DNA of 64,000 nucleotides from contig OX597816.1 of the NCBI GenBank assembly GCA_951406725.2, positions 164,114,001 to 164,178,000 of the forward strand, written 5' to 3'. Shown here piece by piece: positions 26,198 through 39,840 of the stretch. This DNA is from Octopus vulgaris. Its lineage: Eukaryota. The position numbers were made by a program, and so were the translations under genes. The notes below the pieces were generated by a model that was given only the letters and a program-made list of their open reading frames with translations, made no database searches and was not told the origin of the DNA. Every line of letters begins with the position of its first letter. Within the stretch, counting starts at the first letter, position 1.

Positions 26198-27050
26198 TAC
26201 ATGCAGATACATATTAATGGAGCAGTCACAGGCTAATACTTCTGCACATATATCAACAGAGAGAGAGAGAGAAAGAGAGGAGAGAAGGGGGAGATATTAT
26301 ATATATATTTGCGCACTCACATATACATACACACGCATGCGTATATGACCTATACATGATCTTAACATAGCAGTGACTTCTAAAGAGCTGAATTTGACTT
26401 CATCTCACAGATCTATAAAAGTACGTGTTATTCAATACACCTACGACATACATGTTATGGCATAAGTCATAGTTCATCCGAAACAGCTGTCAAGATAATG
26501 CTATGACATCATTCCTTTTATTTATTTATTTATATTCCATTTAAACTTACTGATGAAGCCTACTTGTGTTTATCAGGCTTACTACATCCATGTATATCAA
26601 ATACGGTTGCAAGTTTGACTTTCTTATAGAGTTATATTCTCTGTTTTATAAAATCCATAAAACAGTATCTGCCATTCTCTGTCTTATAGTATACAATCAT
26701 TTCACGACATCGTATCTTCCGGTATATCAGTCGCTGTTCTATTTAGTATAAAAGTGAAGTGTAAATATTCAAACATCGTTACTATCTTTCTAAATCCTGT
26801 TGCATTTCGCATGGAATTTTTGGTCCTCAAGAGTCGTCTTGGCGTAGGGGCGGACTGAGAGCATTAAGGGCCCGCGGGGATAACCGTTTACCGGGCCCCT
26901 TTGAATGTATCTTGTCGTAGAGTTAACATGTAGAGTGCGGGCCCTTCAGAGCTCCGGGCCCTCAGGCAGTGTATATACATACATATATACATACAAACAA
27001 ACATACATACATACAACTATACCTACATGCCTATATTCATACATATATTC

Positions 27051-27426
27051 TTTTCTACTCTAGGCACAAGGCCCGAAATTTTTGGGGAGGTGATCAGTTG
27101 ATCAGATCGACTTCAGTATGCAACTGGTACTTAATTTATCGGCCCCGAAAGGATAAAAGGTAAAGTCGACCAACATAAAGACAGACGAAATACCTTTTTC
27201 TTTATTACCCACAAGGGGCTAAACACAGAGGGGACAAACAAGGACAGACATAGGTATTAAGTCGATTACATCGACCCCAGTGCGTAACTGGTACTTAATT
27301 TATCGACCCCGAAAGGATGAAAGGCAAAGTCGACCTCGGCGGAATTTGAACTCACAATGTAACGCAGACGAAATACCGCTAAGCATTTCGCCCGGCGTGC
27401 TAACGTTTCTGCCAGCTCGCCACCTT
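27051..27426 (-). mobile_element. SINE family A monomer plus tandem partial unit
   Basis: Reverse complement of the family A consensus, head at 27426; tandem junction gacgaaatacc at ~27185. Confidence 0.9.
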
Positions 27427-27902
27427 AAAGTATATACATACATTTTCATACCCATGTCTGTGCACATGCTTACAATTAAGGTGTAATTTGCTTGTCTGTG
27501 GGTATAAACATAAGTACAAGAAGACATATATGCATGTGCATGAATATACACGAATGCAGCAATCCATACATTCATACATACACGTACGACACTCTTCTCT
27601 CTTCATTCGTATCTGCAAGCAAAGTATCATTGAAGTCGAGACCGTCAGAGAGACGGACAGAGGAGGTGATGGAGCTGTTCGTCTAACTCTATAATCTAGC
27701 GTCAAATTGGCCACCAGGCTGCATTGACAACTCAAATATAGATTTACTTGGTCATGATGAGGGAAAAAATATCTCTTTGGAGTGTTTCTTAAACATATTG
27801 AAGACAGTGAAGCCGTGTAACCGCCACCATGACTGTTTCTCGACATTTCTCTAAAGGACGTTGTCACACATTGTTGTTGCTATCGTCGTCGTCGTCGTCG
27901 TC

Positions 27903-28105
27903 AGGTCGGTGAGCTGGCAGAATCGTTAGCAAACCGCGAAAATTGCTTCGCGGCCTTTCTTCCGTTTCCTCGTTCTGAGTTCAAATTCAACTGAGGTCGA
28001 CATTGCCGTTCATACTTTCAAGGTCGATAAAATAAATACCAGTTGAGCACTGGGGCCGATGTAATCGACTAGTCTGCACCTTCCCCGAAATTTCGGGCCT
28101 TACGC
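27903..28105 (+). mobile_element. SINE family A (older subfamily)
   Basis: ggtgagctggcagaatcgttagc...gagttcaaattc...gtcgataaaataaataccag. Confidence 0.85.
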
Positions 28106-28122
28106 TTTTAGTAGAACGGATT

Positions 28123-28154
<32 letters not shown>

Positions 28155-28178
28155 CATCATCATCATTATTATTATCTA

Positions 28179-28261
<83 letters not shown>

Positions 28262-28300
28262 GTTGTTGTTGTTGTTGTTGTTATTATCATCATCATTATC

Positions 28301-28530
28301 AAGGCGGCAAGTTGGCAGCGTGTGTGTTTGTGTTTGTCCCTCCCACCACCATTGCTTGACAACCGATGCTGGTGTGTTTACGTTCCCGTAATTCAGCGGT
28401 TCGGCAAAAGAGACCGATAGGCTAAGTTACTAGGCTTACAAAGAATAAGACCTGGGCTCGATATGTTCGACTAAAGGCGGTGCTCCAGCATGGCCGCAGT
28501 CAAATGACTGAAACAAATAAAAGAACAAAA
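28301..28530 (+). mobile_element. SINE family C 3' half, preceded by a short family A 5' stub
   Basis: aaggcggcaagttggcag, then gtttgtccc...ttgacaaccgatgctggtgtgtttacg...ggcggtgctccagcatggccgcagtcaaatgactgaaac. Confidence 0.85.
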
Positions 28531-29398
28531 GAATATTTCTATATATTTTCATAGATGTGTGCCACGGGGTGGGATCGACCCAAGAACCACGATGTTGAGA
28601 AGCAAACTTCTTACGCTTGCACCTATAGACAATACGATGGAAATTAAATTTAAAAATGTATTCTTTCTGTACGACCCCTCACCAAATGATTCCCAGCTCA
28701 GTGGTTGGTGACCCTTGGACTACAAAACTCACCGGTGTTGTACTAAGGAGAAACTTCGAGACAGGATCGAGCTCCTATGCGTATCCGTTTGACATGTGAA
28801 TTAGTTACATTTCGTTTATCTCCTGTAGAAATTAATAGAATGGATACTGCTAATTATGAAAACCGAGTTAATTATCTTGATCATCTAACAACAGCCAGGC
28901 CTAATAAGGAACGGCTGACGGAAGACATTCGTGTGTCCTCGGATTTCGTTTTTGTAAGTCGCTTAACTTCCGTCTAGGAAAGTCGCCGAATCGAGGCATT
29001 CTGGTGTTTAATGAATACACGGGTGCATGTATAGACACAGTTGCATGCGTGCTGGATTACGTAAATGTTGGTGTTGTTCATGTCCTTCTGTTTGTTTGTT
29101 TGTTGGTTGGTTGGTTGGTTGTTTGCTTGTTGTTGTTGTGTTTCGTTTCGTTGCGTGTTTGCCAGTGTGTTGTGCGCGTGCTTGTGTATATACGGTCTTT
29201 TGTACGGAGTCGCAGAATTTCCAAAGAAAGAGAAACAGACAGAGGAGGAGGAGGAGGAAGAGAGGACTGAATTCAACACTGAGTGGGAGAGAAAGACAGA
29301 GTTCAAGGAAGACACGAAGCGACAAAGAGAGAGAGAGAGAGGAGGAAGAGGAGAATTGAATGAGAAACAATGACAAAAGGAGAGAGAGAAAGAGAGAA

Positions 29399-29445
<47 letters not shown>

Positions 29446-29645
29446 CGTGAGATTCAGAATTAATCTGTTCCATTGAATGTCCTAAATAGTTTGTCGCAAT
29501 ATGTATATCTTTGTCTGGAATTAGTCAAATAAAGAGTGTAATGGACTGTCTTGCTTCTTGTTGATGCGGTTACCTAATTAGTGTCACAGCACATACGTAC
29601 GTACATACATACATACATACATACATACATACATACATACATACA

Positions 29646-29677
<32 letters not shown>

Positions 29678-29730
29678 CATACATGTGTGGGTGTGTATAT
29701 TTATATATATCTACATATAAATGCATACAC

Positions 29731-29897
29731 AGAAGAAAGAGTGTGAGAATGTTGTGGCGAAAGAGTACAGCAGGGATCGCCACCACCCCCTGCTGGAGCC
29801 TCGTGGAGCTTTATGTGTTTTCGCTCAATAAACACTCACAACGCCCGGTCTGTGAATTGAAACCGCTATCCTAACCACTGGGCCATTGCACCTCCAC
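29731..29897 (-). mobile_element. SINE family B 5' part
   Basis: Reverse complement of the family B head/body, with an internal deletion. Confidence 0.85.
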
Positions 29898-29962
<65 letters not shown>

Positions 29963-30649
29963 ATCTATATATATGTATCTATATATATGTATATATATGT
30001 ATATATATATATATAGATAGATAGAGACATATATATAAATAAAACACATATATATATAATATAGATACATATATATATAAATACACATATTTATATACAT
30101 ATATATATATATACACACATATCAACTCTAGTGTGCTCTTGACCGTGTATGTGATTCGCTTCTCTGTTTGTGTGGTGCATTTTTAAAATGGAAATATATT
30201 AGGAGCAATTTCAGACGTAGTATTTATTAATACAATATAAACGAATTTAGAGGTAAGCGACATATACATTTGTGTGTGCACGTCATCGCTTATGTATTAG
30301 TGACGTTGTATGTCTGTGTGTACTTTATTTAACTCACTTCCTCTAATATGGTGCTGATGTAGTTGATATTTCGACAGCATTTGCCTTGTTCCCAGAAGGA
30401 ACAAAATTTATATTACACGATGTCAGATGGTGTTGCTGTTACGACTTAGAACATAACCATCATACATACCTCCATCTTTTCGCAACTTGCGTGAATTATT
30501 TGCGACGCAGCCTGCAAAGAGTTTGTGTGTGTGTGTGTGTATACATATATATGTACTTGTATATTATAGGTTTATCTAATTTTCTTGAAAATTTCGATGA
30601 AAACCCCAACCAAAATAAACAACAATTACAACAACAACAACAACAACAA

Positions 30650-30651
30650 CG

Positions 30652-30737
<86 letters not shown>

Positions 30738-31021
30738 TGTAATAATAATAATAGTTGGAGACGAAAATAGCGTTTATTTATGTGCAATTTGGAAGCTTGA
30801 AAACACGGCGGTTCTCTCAATTTCTTGATCAAACAACCAAGAACAATTAACGCAGTCTTTTATTACAAAATCCACTCGAAAAAACTACGATGATGTTGCT
30901 AATAACTTGTTCTCTCTCAGCCAATATACAGCAATAATATACGGTACCGGACTTGCCAGTCCTGTCTGAATGTAGAAGCCGAATAATTTCCACAACGATA
31001 ATAATAATGATAGTAATAATG

Positions 31022-31081
<60 letters not shown>

Positions 31082-31306
31082 GTTGGAGACGAAAATAGCG
31101 TTTATTTATGTGCAATTTGGAAGCTTGAAAACATGGCGGTTCTCTCAATTTCTTGATCAAACAACCAAGAACAATTAACGCAGTCTTTTATTACAAAATC
31201 CACTCGAAAAAACTACGATGATTCCCTCAGCCAATAATATACAGCAATAATATACGGCACCGGACTTGCCAGTCCTGTCTGAATGTAGAAGCCGAATAAT
31301 TTCCAC
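30650..31306. repeat. Local tandem duplication, ~310-bp unit containing (AAT)n
   Basis: agttggagacgaaaatagcg...aaaactacgatgat at 30752-30893 and 31081-31221; ctcagccaat...gaataatttccac at ~30916-30993 and ~31226-31306. Confidence 0.9.
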
Positions 31307-31546
31307 CTTATTACTAGACTTATCATAAACGATTTATTTTATTTTTCTATATTTTACGTGTCGTTCTTACTAACAATTAAATTCAATGTAGATTTTAGCA
31401 GCCTGTGAGATTTAGTATGATAGAGATACGATACGAGGCGGAATTAAACAACAGCAACAATAATGCCATAATTATTATGCCTGTTCGACCATCGTCGTCG
31501 TCATCAACATTCTCGTTACCAAGGCAGCCATTTATCACCATGTGTG

Positions 31547-31614
<68 letters not shown>

Positions 31615-31819
31615 TGTCTGTCTGTGTTTGTGGCGAAAGAGTTACCAGAAGTTCGCCATTACGCAATCTCCACTAACCGCATCCTGCCAAAACTACCTCC
31701 ACCACCACTACCAAAACCACCGCTAGTACCATCACAGAATCACACTACCACAACCATCAATGCAATACCACCACCACGTCCCCGTAACTTAGCGGTTCGT
31801 CATCAATATCATCATCGTT

Positions 31820-32080
31820 GAAGGCGGCGAGCTTGGTAGAATCGTTAGCACTCTAACACCACCATCATCGTTAATATCTACACCACTGAGTTCAAATTCC
31901 GCCGAGGTCGACTATGCCTTTCATCCTTTCGGGGTCGATAAATTAAGTACCAGTTTCGCAATGGAATCGATATAATCGACTTAATACCTATATCTGTCCT
32001 TATTTGTCCCCTCTGTGTTTAGCCCCGTGTCGGGGTAATAAAGAAATAGGTATTTCGTTTGCCGTTACATTCTGAGTTCC
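31820..32080 (+). mobile_element. SINE family A (interrupted) with tandem restart
   Basis: aaggcggcgagcttggtagaatcgttagc...gagttcaaattccgccgaggtcg...aagaaataggtatttcg. Confidence 0.85.
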
Positions 32081-32699
32081 GTCATATATATATATCCATG
32101 CATGTATGACTGTATATATGTATGTATGTATATACGTATGAATGTACTTATGTATATATATGTATATACGTACGTCTATATGTATGTCTATATATGTACA
32201 TATGTATGTACGTACGTATGTATGTACGTACGTATGTATGTACGTACGTATGTATATACGTACGTACGTATGTATGCATGCATGTATGTATGTATATGGT
32301 GATTTTTTTTTCCTATCGTAAACGACAGCTGTGGGTTCCGTGATTTCTTGTTGAACAGCCTACGTAGATAATTTATTTGTGCTGTTCTTGAGCTTCCTTC
32401 CTCCATCAAAATTGACATTACCTGTACAAGACCACACGTGTGGCAACACGCCAGATGTCGAAGGGATAGCAAAAGTAACGTGAAATGAATTGTTATATTC
32501 CAATTGTTTTTCTGTCCTCAAAACTCCAGTAATGAGATATTGGGGCAATTTGCTGTTGCCCCAAAATCCTGCAGTGGGGAACCTTGTAAAGCACCGTGTA
32601 GGGAGGGGGTCATGGAACCAAGAACCACATCGTTGCAAAGCGAACTTCTTAAGGCGACATCTAAGCCGTCGCCTAATCTTTTGAAAGATCATACACTTA

Positions 32700-33188
32700 T
32701 CGTTTGTTCCTTCTCGAGCCACGCCTGGCTCATAAGGGCCGGTTTCCCGGTTTCCTTGGCGTATCGGTACCCTATCTGGACGGAAGGCGACGAGCTGGTA
32801 GAAACGTTAGCACGCCGGGCGAAATTCGTAGTCGTATTTCGTCTGTCGTTGCGTTCCGAGTTCAAATTCCGCCGAGGTCGACTTTGCCTTTCATCCTTTC
32901 GGGGTCGATAAATTAAGTACCAGTTACGCACTGGGGTCGATGTAATCGACTTAATCCGTTTGTCTGTCCTTGTTTGTCCCCTCTGTGTTTAGCCCCTTGT
33001 GGGTAGTAAAGAGTGAGAGAAAGTTGTGGTGAAAGAGTTACCAGAAGTCCGCCATTACCTTCTGCCGGAGCCGCGTGGAGCTTAGGTGTTTCGCTCATAA
33101 ACACACACATCGCCCGGTCTGAGATTCGAACACGCGATCCCACGACTGCGAGTCCGCTGCCCTAACCACTAGGCCATGTGCCTCCACA
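32700..33188 (-). mobile_element. SINE family B variant interrupted by a family A copy
   Basis: Head on the minus strand at 33010-33188 (tggaggcacatggcctagtggttagggcagcggactcgcag); tail-1-like end at 32700-32783. Confidence 0.8.
32784..33010 (+). mobile_element. SINE family A, near consensus
   Basis: Full head-to-tail match to the copy at 55746. Confidence 0.92.
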
Positions 33189-33204
33189 TAAACTTATTAC
33201 TTAT

Positions 33205-33352
33205 TGCTTTATTGCCCACAAGGAGCTAAATATAGCGGGGACAAACAAGGACAGACAAAGAGATTAAGTCGATTACATCGACCCCAGTGCGTAACTGGTA
33301 CTAGTTTAATCGACCCCGAAAGGATTAAAGGCAAAGTCGACCTCGGCGGAAC
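33205..33352 (-). mobile_element. SINE family A 3' half
   Basis: gcccacaaggagctaaa...aaggcaaagtcgacctcggcgga. Confidence 0.88.
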
Positions 33353-33453
33353 TTAAGCTTATAACTGACCATGAAATATCAGGAAACGGTAAAACTGAGG
33401 GTGACGGTGAGTGAGTGAGTGTCTGTGTGTGTGTGTGTACTCAGTGAGCCTCA

Positions 33454-33842
33454 GGAGGCGCAATGGCCCAGTGGTTAGGGCAGCGGACTCGCGGTCGTAG
33501 GATCGCGGTTTCGATTCCCAGACCGGGCGTTGTGAGTGTTTATTGAGCGAAAACACCTAAAGCTCCACGAGGCTCCGGCAGGGGATGGTGGTGATCCCTG
33601 CTGTACTCTTTCACCACAACTTTCTCTCACTCTTACTTCCTGTTTCTGTTGTACCTGTATTTCAAGGGGCCGGCCTTGTCCACTCTCTGTGTCACGCTGA
33701 ATATCCCCGAGAACTACGTTAAGGGTACACGTGTCTGTGGAGTGCTCAGCCACTTACATGTTAATTTCACGAGCAGGCTGTTCCGTTGATTCGGATCAAC
33801 CGGAACCCTCGTCGTCGTAACCGACGGAGTGCTTCCACCACC
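33454..33842 (+). mobile_element. SINE family B, tail type 2, full length with 13-bp TSD
   Basis: Family B head; tail ...ccccgagaactacgttaagggtacac...cgtaaccgacggagtgctt(cca)n; TSD actcagtgagcct at 33439-33451 and 33843-33855. Confidence 0.92.
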
Positions 33843-34355
33843 ACTCAGTGAGCCTACTGGTAACATGGCAACATAGCAAAGATTGCTTTGCACTATGATT
33901 AATAGTGCAGAGGTACAGTAGTGGTGGTGGTGGTGGTGGTGGTGGAGGTTGTTGTAAACAGAGAGGAGGAGAGCTGGAAGGGTGGGAGTCATGCCTTAAA
34001 TCATTTTTCATTTCTCCCTCTCTCTCACTCTCTCTTACACACACGTTCGCTCTCTCTCATTTTCAGCTTTTCTCACTCTTCCCTCTCCCCCCTCTCTCTC
34101 CGTATGCAAGTTTAAATGAATGAAGAAAGTGTTTTATTCATATTCTTTTAAATCTTTCCTCTCTTCTTTCTCTATCTCTGTCGCTCTCTCAGTATCTACA
34201 TACGTCTTCCCACCTATCTTTCTGTCTATCTCTAAATCTATCAATCTATTTGTGTGTCTATCGCTCTATCTCTCCATCTGTCTCTCTATCTACCTCTCCA
34301 TCAAACCACCCTACTACCTCTCCATCAAACCATCCTACTATCTATCTCTCCAGCC

Positions 34356-34435
<80 letters not shown>

Positions 34436-34444
34436 CTCTCTCTA

Positions 34445-34483
<39 letters not shown>

Positions 34484-34488
34484 GTCTA

Positions 34489-34546
<58 letters not shown>

Positions 34547-34548
34547 GG

Positions 34549-34593
<45 letters not shown>

Positions 34594-34889
34594 GCAAGTG
34601 TATGTATACGAGAGGAAGCAAGAGAAAGACCAGTCAATCATTCCCTCCTCCTCTCTTTCACTCATCCTTCAGAGATGCAATGAGGGTGTGGTCTTACAGC
34701 ATTTCTTTATATTTACCTTCTGACTTGCAGCTGTTTAGATACATAGAAAGACATAGGGATAGAAAGAGAAGTAGTGGAGGAGATATTCATACACATATAT
34801 TACATACTAATGTACCTACCTACCTACTTAAAGACAGACTGAAAGACAAATATAAACAGGTCGACTTAGTTCCTTATATTATTTTTTTC

Positions 34890-35197
34890 TTTATGCCCCC
34901 TTTCCAAACCTAGCCAGGCTCATGGGCCCGGTTTCCCGGTTTCTATGGTGTATGTGTTCCCCCCAGCTGGACGGGACGCCAGTCCATCGCAGCGTTACTC
35001 AAGAAACAGGAAGAAAGAGTGAGAGAAAGTTGGGGCAAAAGAGTACAACAGGGGTCGCCACAACCCCCTGCCGGAGCCTCGTGGAGCTTTAGGTGTTTTC
35101 GTTCAATAAACATTCACAACGCCCGGTCTGGGAATCGAAACCGCGATCCTCCGACTGCGAGTCCGCTGCCCTCACCACTGGGCCATTGCGCCTCCAC
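34890..35197 (-). mobile_element. SINE family B, tail type 1
   Basis: Reverse complement of the 6108 and 41446 copies. Confidence 0.9.
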
Positions 35198-35279
35198 GTT
35201 CCTTATGTTATTCAAGTTTAAAGTCGGGGATGTGAAAACACGTCCATCTCTTCGTACGTTTGGTAGTAAAGTATTTCTC

Positions 35280-35790
35280 GCCAGGAAGCAACTCATTATG
35301 AAAGTAGAAGCAGTCCAGAGGTCAATAACTAGAAAGACAGACGACATGAGAGGTATTGACTATTGGTGGGGTCGACTAAATAAACTCAATCTCTACTCTC
35401 TCCAACGCCGCCGGGAGCGCTACATCATTTGCGTGATGTGGAAAATATTCCATCAATATTGCACAAATGATGTTGGCATCAATTTTAAAATCCATCCAAG
35501 ACTAGGACCCCGTGCTATCTGCCCACTACAAAAATCGACCGGTCCAGCTCTCTATAATACCATACCAAAATACGTCAAAACGGAAACGTATCCCATAAAA
35601 TTTAAATGTTCACTGGACAAATTTCTTCAGAATATGCCAGACCAACCTCCTACACCCGGATATTTCTCCAACAATAATAACTCTTTGCTAGAGTGGGCCA
35701 TGGTTCCCCATATATGACTAAAAGATTTCACCAGGTGGTGCTATTAAGTTAGACATGACCTGGACCTAAACTGGCCGAAACCTATATATA
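35280..35790 (+). mobile_element. 5'-truncated CR1/L2-group LINE: ORF2 C-terminus plus 3' UTR
   Basis: Peptide KVEAVQRSITRK...RLNKLNLYSLQRRRERY...GPALYNTIPKYVK...FKCSLDKFLQNMPDQP..PGY is the typical post-RT C-terminal region of CR1/L2-type ORF2; stop at 35717. The ORF's N-terminus is only antisense SINE sequence. Confidence 0.85.
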
Positions 35791-35929
35791 TAAATGTGTG
35801 CGTGTGCGTATATGTGTGTGAAAGGCAAAGTCGATCTTCGCGGAATTAGGGACCCAGAAAGTTAAGACGGACGAAATGCCGCTAATATTTTCGTCCGGCG
35901 TGCTTGCAATTCCGTCAGCTTGCCATCGA

Positions 35930-36020
35930 CACTACTACTACTAACTACTACTACCGTCACTACCACCACCATCACCATCTACTACTAAACTACTACTACT
36001 ACCACCACCACCATCACTAT

Positions 36021-36057
<37 letters not shown>

Positions 36058-36128
36058 CGTCACTACCACCACCATCACCATCTACTACTAACTACTACTA
36101 CTACCACCACTGCCACCACCATCACTAT

Positions 36129-36168
<40 letters not shown>

Positions 36169-36237
36169 CGTCACTACCACCACCATGACCATCTACTACT
36201 AAACTACTACTACTACCACCACCACCACCATCACTAT

Positions 36238-36286
<49 letters not shown>

Positions 36287-36365
36287 CGTCACTACCACCA
36301 CCATGACCATCTACTACTAAACTACTACTACTACCACCACCACCACTATTACTACCACCACCACC
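35930..36365. repeat. (CTA)n/(CCA)n compound tract with higher-order repetition
   Basis: Recurrent ccgtcactaccaccaccat..ccatctactacta units. Confidence 0.9.
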
Positions 36366-37359
36366 ATATTATTGTCTGAGTCTGAAGCTAGAGACCTTGT
36401 TTTAACATGGCTGAAAGACTCTTTAAGGGAAATGAAAAGCCTTTACCGCAAAACACATTCCCCAGCGCCATCAGTCATAACCGTCCACCTCCACCCACCC
36501 ACCAACCCACCCCAACCCCGACAGATTTTTCAACCTCAATACAAAATGTCGGCCATATTTTATGTGAACTTCTCAATATTTGTTTTGTTTGTTATTTCTA
36601 ATACATTTATTTATTTATTTATTTATTTGTTCAGATTAATTCGTTGCTTTTATTTATTTTGCTTGTTTGTTATTTTTTGTTTGTTTTCGTTGCCTGATTC
36701 TTCGTTATGTTTTGTTTTTGTTTTCTTTCATTTTTTGTTTGTTTGTTTATATTTTAATATTATTAATATTGTCTTTTAACTCGTCATCTGTGTTGTGGCT
36801 GTTGATGTAGTTGTTGCTGCTGCTGTTGTTCTTGTTGTTATTCTTCTTATCATCATCGTATCCTCCTCTTCCTCTTCCTCTTTCTTCTCCTCCCCCTCAT
36901 CATCATCATCATTATTACTTTAGATTTATGAACCGCGTCATGGTCCTTTATCGGGCCCCAGTGAAGGACACTCATACAATATCAATGTATGGTATAATGC
37001 ATATAAACAAGAACACTAAGAACATTTAATAAGATCAAACCTTCGAGAATGAATGACAACTTAGAACAACGAGAACTCGGGATATAGAAGAAGATTCACG
37101 CATTAGAAACACTTCAAACATAGTCATCAGCTATCTCACGATTGTCATTTTGGTTTCGATACCTGGTCAGGCCCACTCAATCCGGCGGTGCCAACAGTGT
37201 TACAAGCATCAATGTAGCCCAGGAAATAAATACATACAGTGTAAGAGCGCACCTTTGATGCGAGTCTGAAGTAGAGCTACTTGAACACCTAAAACTGCAT
37301 ACATTACGTAAATTTTCACTTCAAATTTTTGCGTAAATTTTTCGGGAAAAATCAAAAAG

Positions 37360-37465
37360 TATTTTACGTTTCGAGCCAACGCTCATCAACAGAAAGGAAT
37401 AAGAGAAAATATACAGAGAGAGAGAGAATGAAAATAAACTTGTAGATTTCAGCGGTCCAGCATGG
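37360..37465 (-). mobile_element. PLE-like terminal-repeat fragment with CUGUUGA hammerhead-like motif (37362-37395)
   Basis: Minus strand: TTT-CTGTTGA-T-GAGC-gttg-GCTC-GAAA-CGT-A-AAA. Confidence 0.7.
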
Positions 37466-38453
37466 CTAAAATATACATGAGTATATATATATATATATAT
37501 ATATGGACACAGCTATATGTGTATGTACAAACAAAGACATTCCATACTTGACCATCCAATATATTATTCCAAATATTATTCAATGGAGTGTAGTAAGCTT
37601 TGATGTCTATTTGGATTTTATTTTCCGCCGGTCCATCGTCCTTGCAAAAGGTCCAACACATGTCTGGTAATGCAGTTACGAAATTTCGTGATGACGTTTT
37701 GACAATTTGCCGTTCATCAGATGTGATGAACAATAGCTTACACACAGGTCATAACGTTTGTGTGAGTTTGTGAGCATGCATGTGTGAGTGTATGCGTGCG
37801 TGTGTGTATATATGTGTGTTTATGTGTAAAGTATATTTAAATGTGTATAATATACATGTGTATACGCATTTCATGTTTATGTTTCAAGATAAAAGCTAGA
37901 AGAACTTTACTGACCAAGAAACATATAAGGACAAGAAGGAGCGAGACACTATATTTTCACTGGTTAAGTTTAAATGAAACTGTCTGTTTTAAGCACTTCT
38001 CAATGTTCTGTATTTTTGTGTATGTGTGTGTGTGTGTGTGTTTGTGTGTGTGTGTGCGTGTGTGTGTGTGTGTGTGTTGTGTGTGCGTCTTCCTGCCTTC
38101 TTTCATATTTCTCCTTTTCTTTTTCTTCTATATTTCGTTTCCATTATATTATATATACACACACAACACACACACGTACACAAATATATACAGACGTATG
38201 TGTGCGTGTATGTATATATATATATATATGCATACACATATGTATATGCATGTATATATATATACACATATATACGTATGTATGTATGTATATGTATATA
38301 CGTATGTATATGAATATATATATATATATAAATATAAATACATAAATAAGTATATATTTGTATATATATATATAAATATATATATATATGTGTATATATG
38401 AATATACGTATATATATATATGTATATATATGCGTATAGACATATATTATTTA

Positions 38454-38492
<39 letters not shown>

Positions 38493-38584
38493 ATATATAA
38501 TCCGATTTCTTTTCGTCTCTTTTTTTGCCTCTTTCATGTATTATTTTTCTGTCTTTCTCTGCGTCTTAGCGTCTCTCTCTCTCC

Positions 38585-38636
<52 letters not shown>

Positions 38637-38689
38637 GCTCCTCCTCCCGCTGCTGCTATTTCTCTCCTCCCCTCCCTCCCACTCCGCCC

Positions 38690-38830
38690 TGGATCCTTTG
38701 TTCGTCTCACGGGAGGAAGTAAATCATATCCCTGCTTAACAAACTCGTCATTAATGTGTCAGACAATTAAATATGCATGCATCTAATGATTTACACACCG
38801 AATACACAGTTTGGGACCTGATTAGGACGA
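38690..38830. promoter_or_regulatory. Candidate developmental enhancer island
   Basis: Unique sequence between (CT)n and (GAA)n tracts, with two ATGATTTAC motifs in opposite orientation (38719-38727, 38786-38794), TGTCAG, several TAAT/ATTA cores and ATGCAT. Confidence 0.35.
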
Positions 38831-39806
38831 CGTGGAGGAGAACGAAGACGAAAGAGGTGGAGTGGAAGGGAAAGAAGAAGAAGGGGAGAAGGAGGAGATG
38901 AAGGATGGGAAGGAGGAGGAGGAGGAGGAGGAGGAGGAGGAGGAGGAGAAGATGATGAAGATGAAGAAGAAGAAGGAGAAGAACGAGAAGGGGAAGGAGA
39001 AGGGGAAGAAGAAGAAGAAGAAGAAGAAGAAGAGCAAGTAGAAGATGTTGATGAAGAAGAAAGAGAATGGGAAGAAGATGAGGAAGAAGGAGAATTGGAA
39101 GAAGAAGAAGAAGAAGAAGAAGAAGAAGAAGAAGAAGAAGAAGAAGAAGAAGAAGAAGAAGAAGGGAAGAAGGAAAGGAAAGCAGGGGTGTGGAGAAGAA
39201 TGGAGGAGGTGTTTCAAAAATAAATAAATAAACTGACATTGAAAAAGAAAAGACTTGTTTATTTTTGTATATCTCTTTTGGCACTCGCTTCCTCTCGCTA
39301 TATATATACCCATCTATCACATACGTATACACACACACACACTCTCTCTCTGTCCTTCTCTCTCTATCCTACCTCTCTCCCTCACATACACACTCAAATA
39401 TATACGCGCACACATACACACATACACCTGCCAGACTTTCTTCCAGTCTGTACTGTTTATCTATCTGTCTGTCTGTCTATCTACCTATCTAGCTATATCC
39501 TTACGTATGTATAAGATAATATATAATATACGATTTAATCTGGATAAACAAATTTATTGTGTGATTTACAAAGCTCCTCCGCGGGTAGTGGCTACCATAC
39601 GCTATCATACAGAAGGAATTCTTTTACAAACAAATAAAAATTGTAATACGAGGTGGAATGAACAGGATTCAATTCATAGTACTACAATTGCTTCTATTAA
39701 ACTGAGTGTATGCTTGTTTGTTTGTTTGTTTGTACAAGGACACTTGCGAGACAAGTTTTAACAAATACTTATTAGAGTAACGCTTAAAAGAAGCAAGAGA
39801 AAGAAT

Positions 39807-39840
39807 CTGAACGTTTCGGACGATAGACCTTCATCAGAAG
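39807..39840 (-). ncRNA. Hammerhead-like core (PLE type), weak stem I
   Basis: Minus strand: ctt-CTGATGA-A-GG-tctatcgt-CC-GAAA-CGT-T-cag. Confidence 0.45.

Noticed and set aside
26470-26565. GAAACAGCTGTC and a downstream CTGATGAAG
   Set aside because: The halves are in the wrong order for the type-I fold seen elsewhere and no closing stems were found; at most a PLE remnant.
33454-33530. SINE B, A and C heads as functional tRNA genes
   Set aside because: They have A/B boxes but no complete cloverleaf and continue into SINE bodies in many copies.
35019-35717. 232-aa ORF as a host gene
   Set aside because: Chimeric: the N-terminus is antisense SINE B and the C-terminus is a LINE ORF2 remnant.
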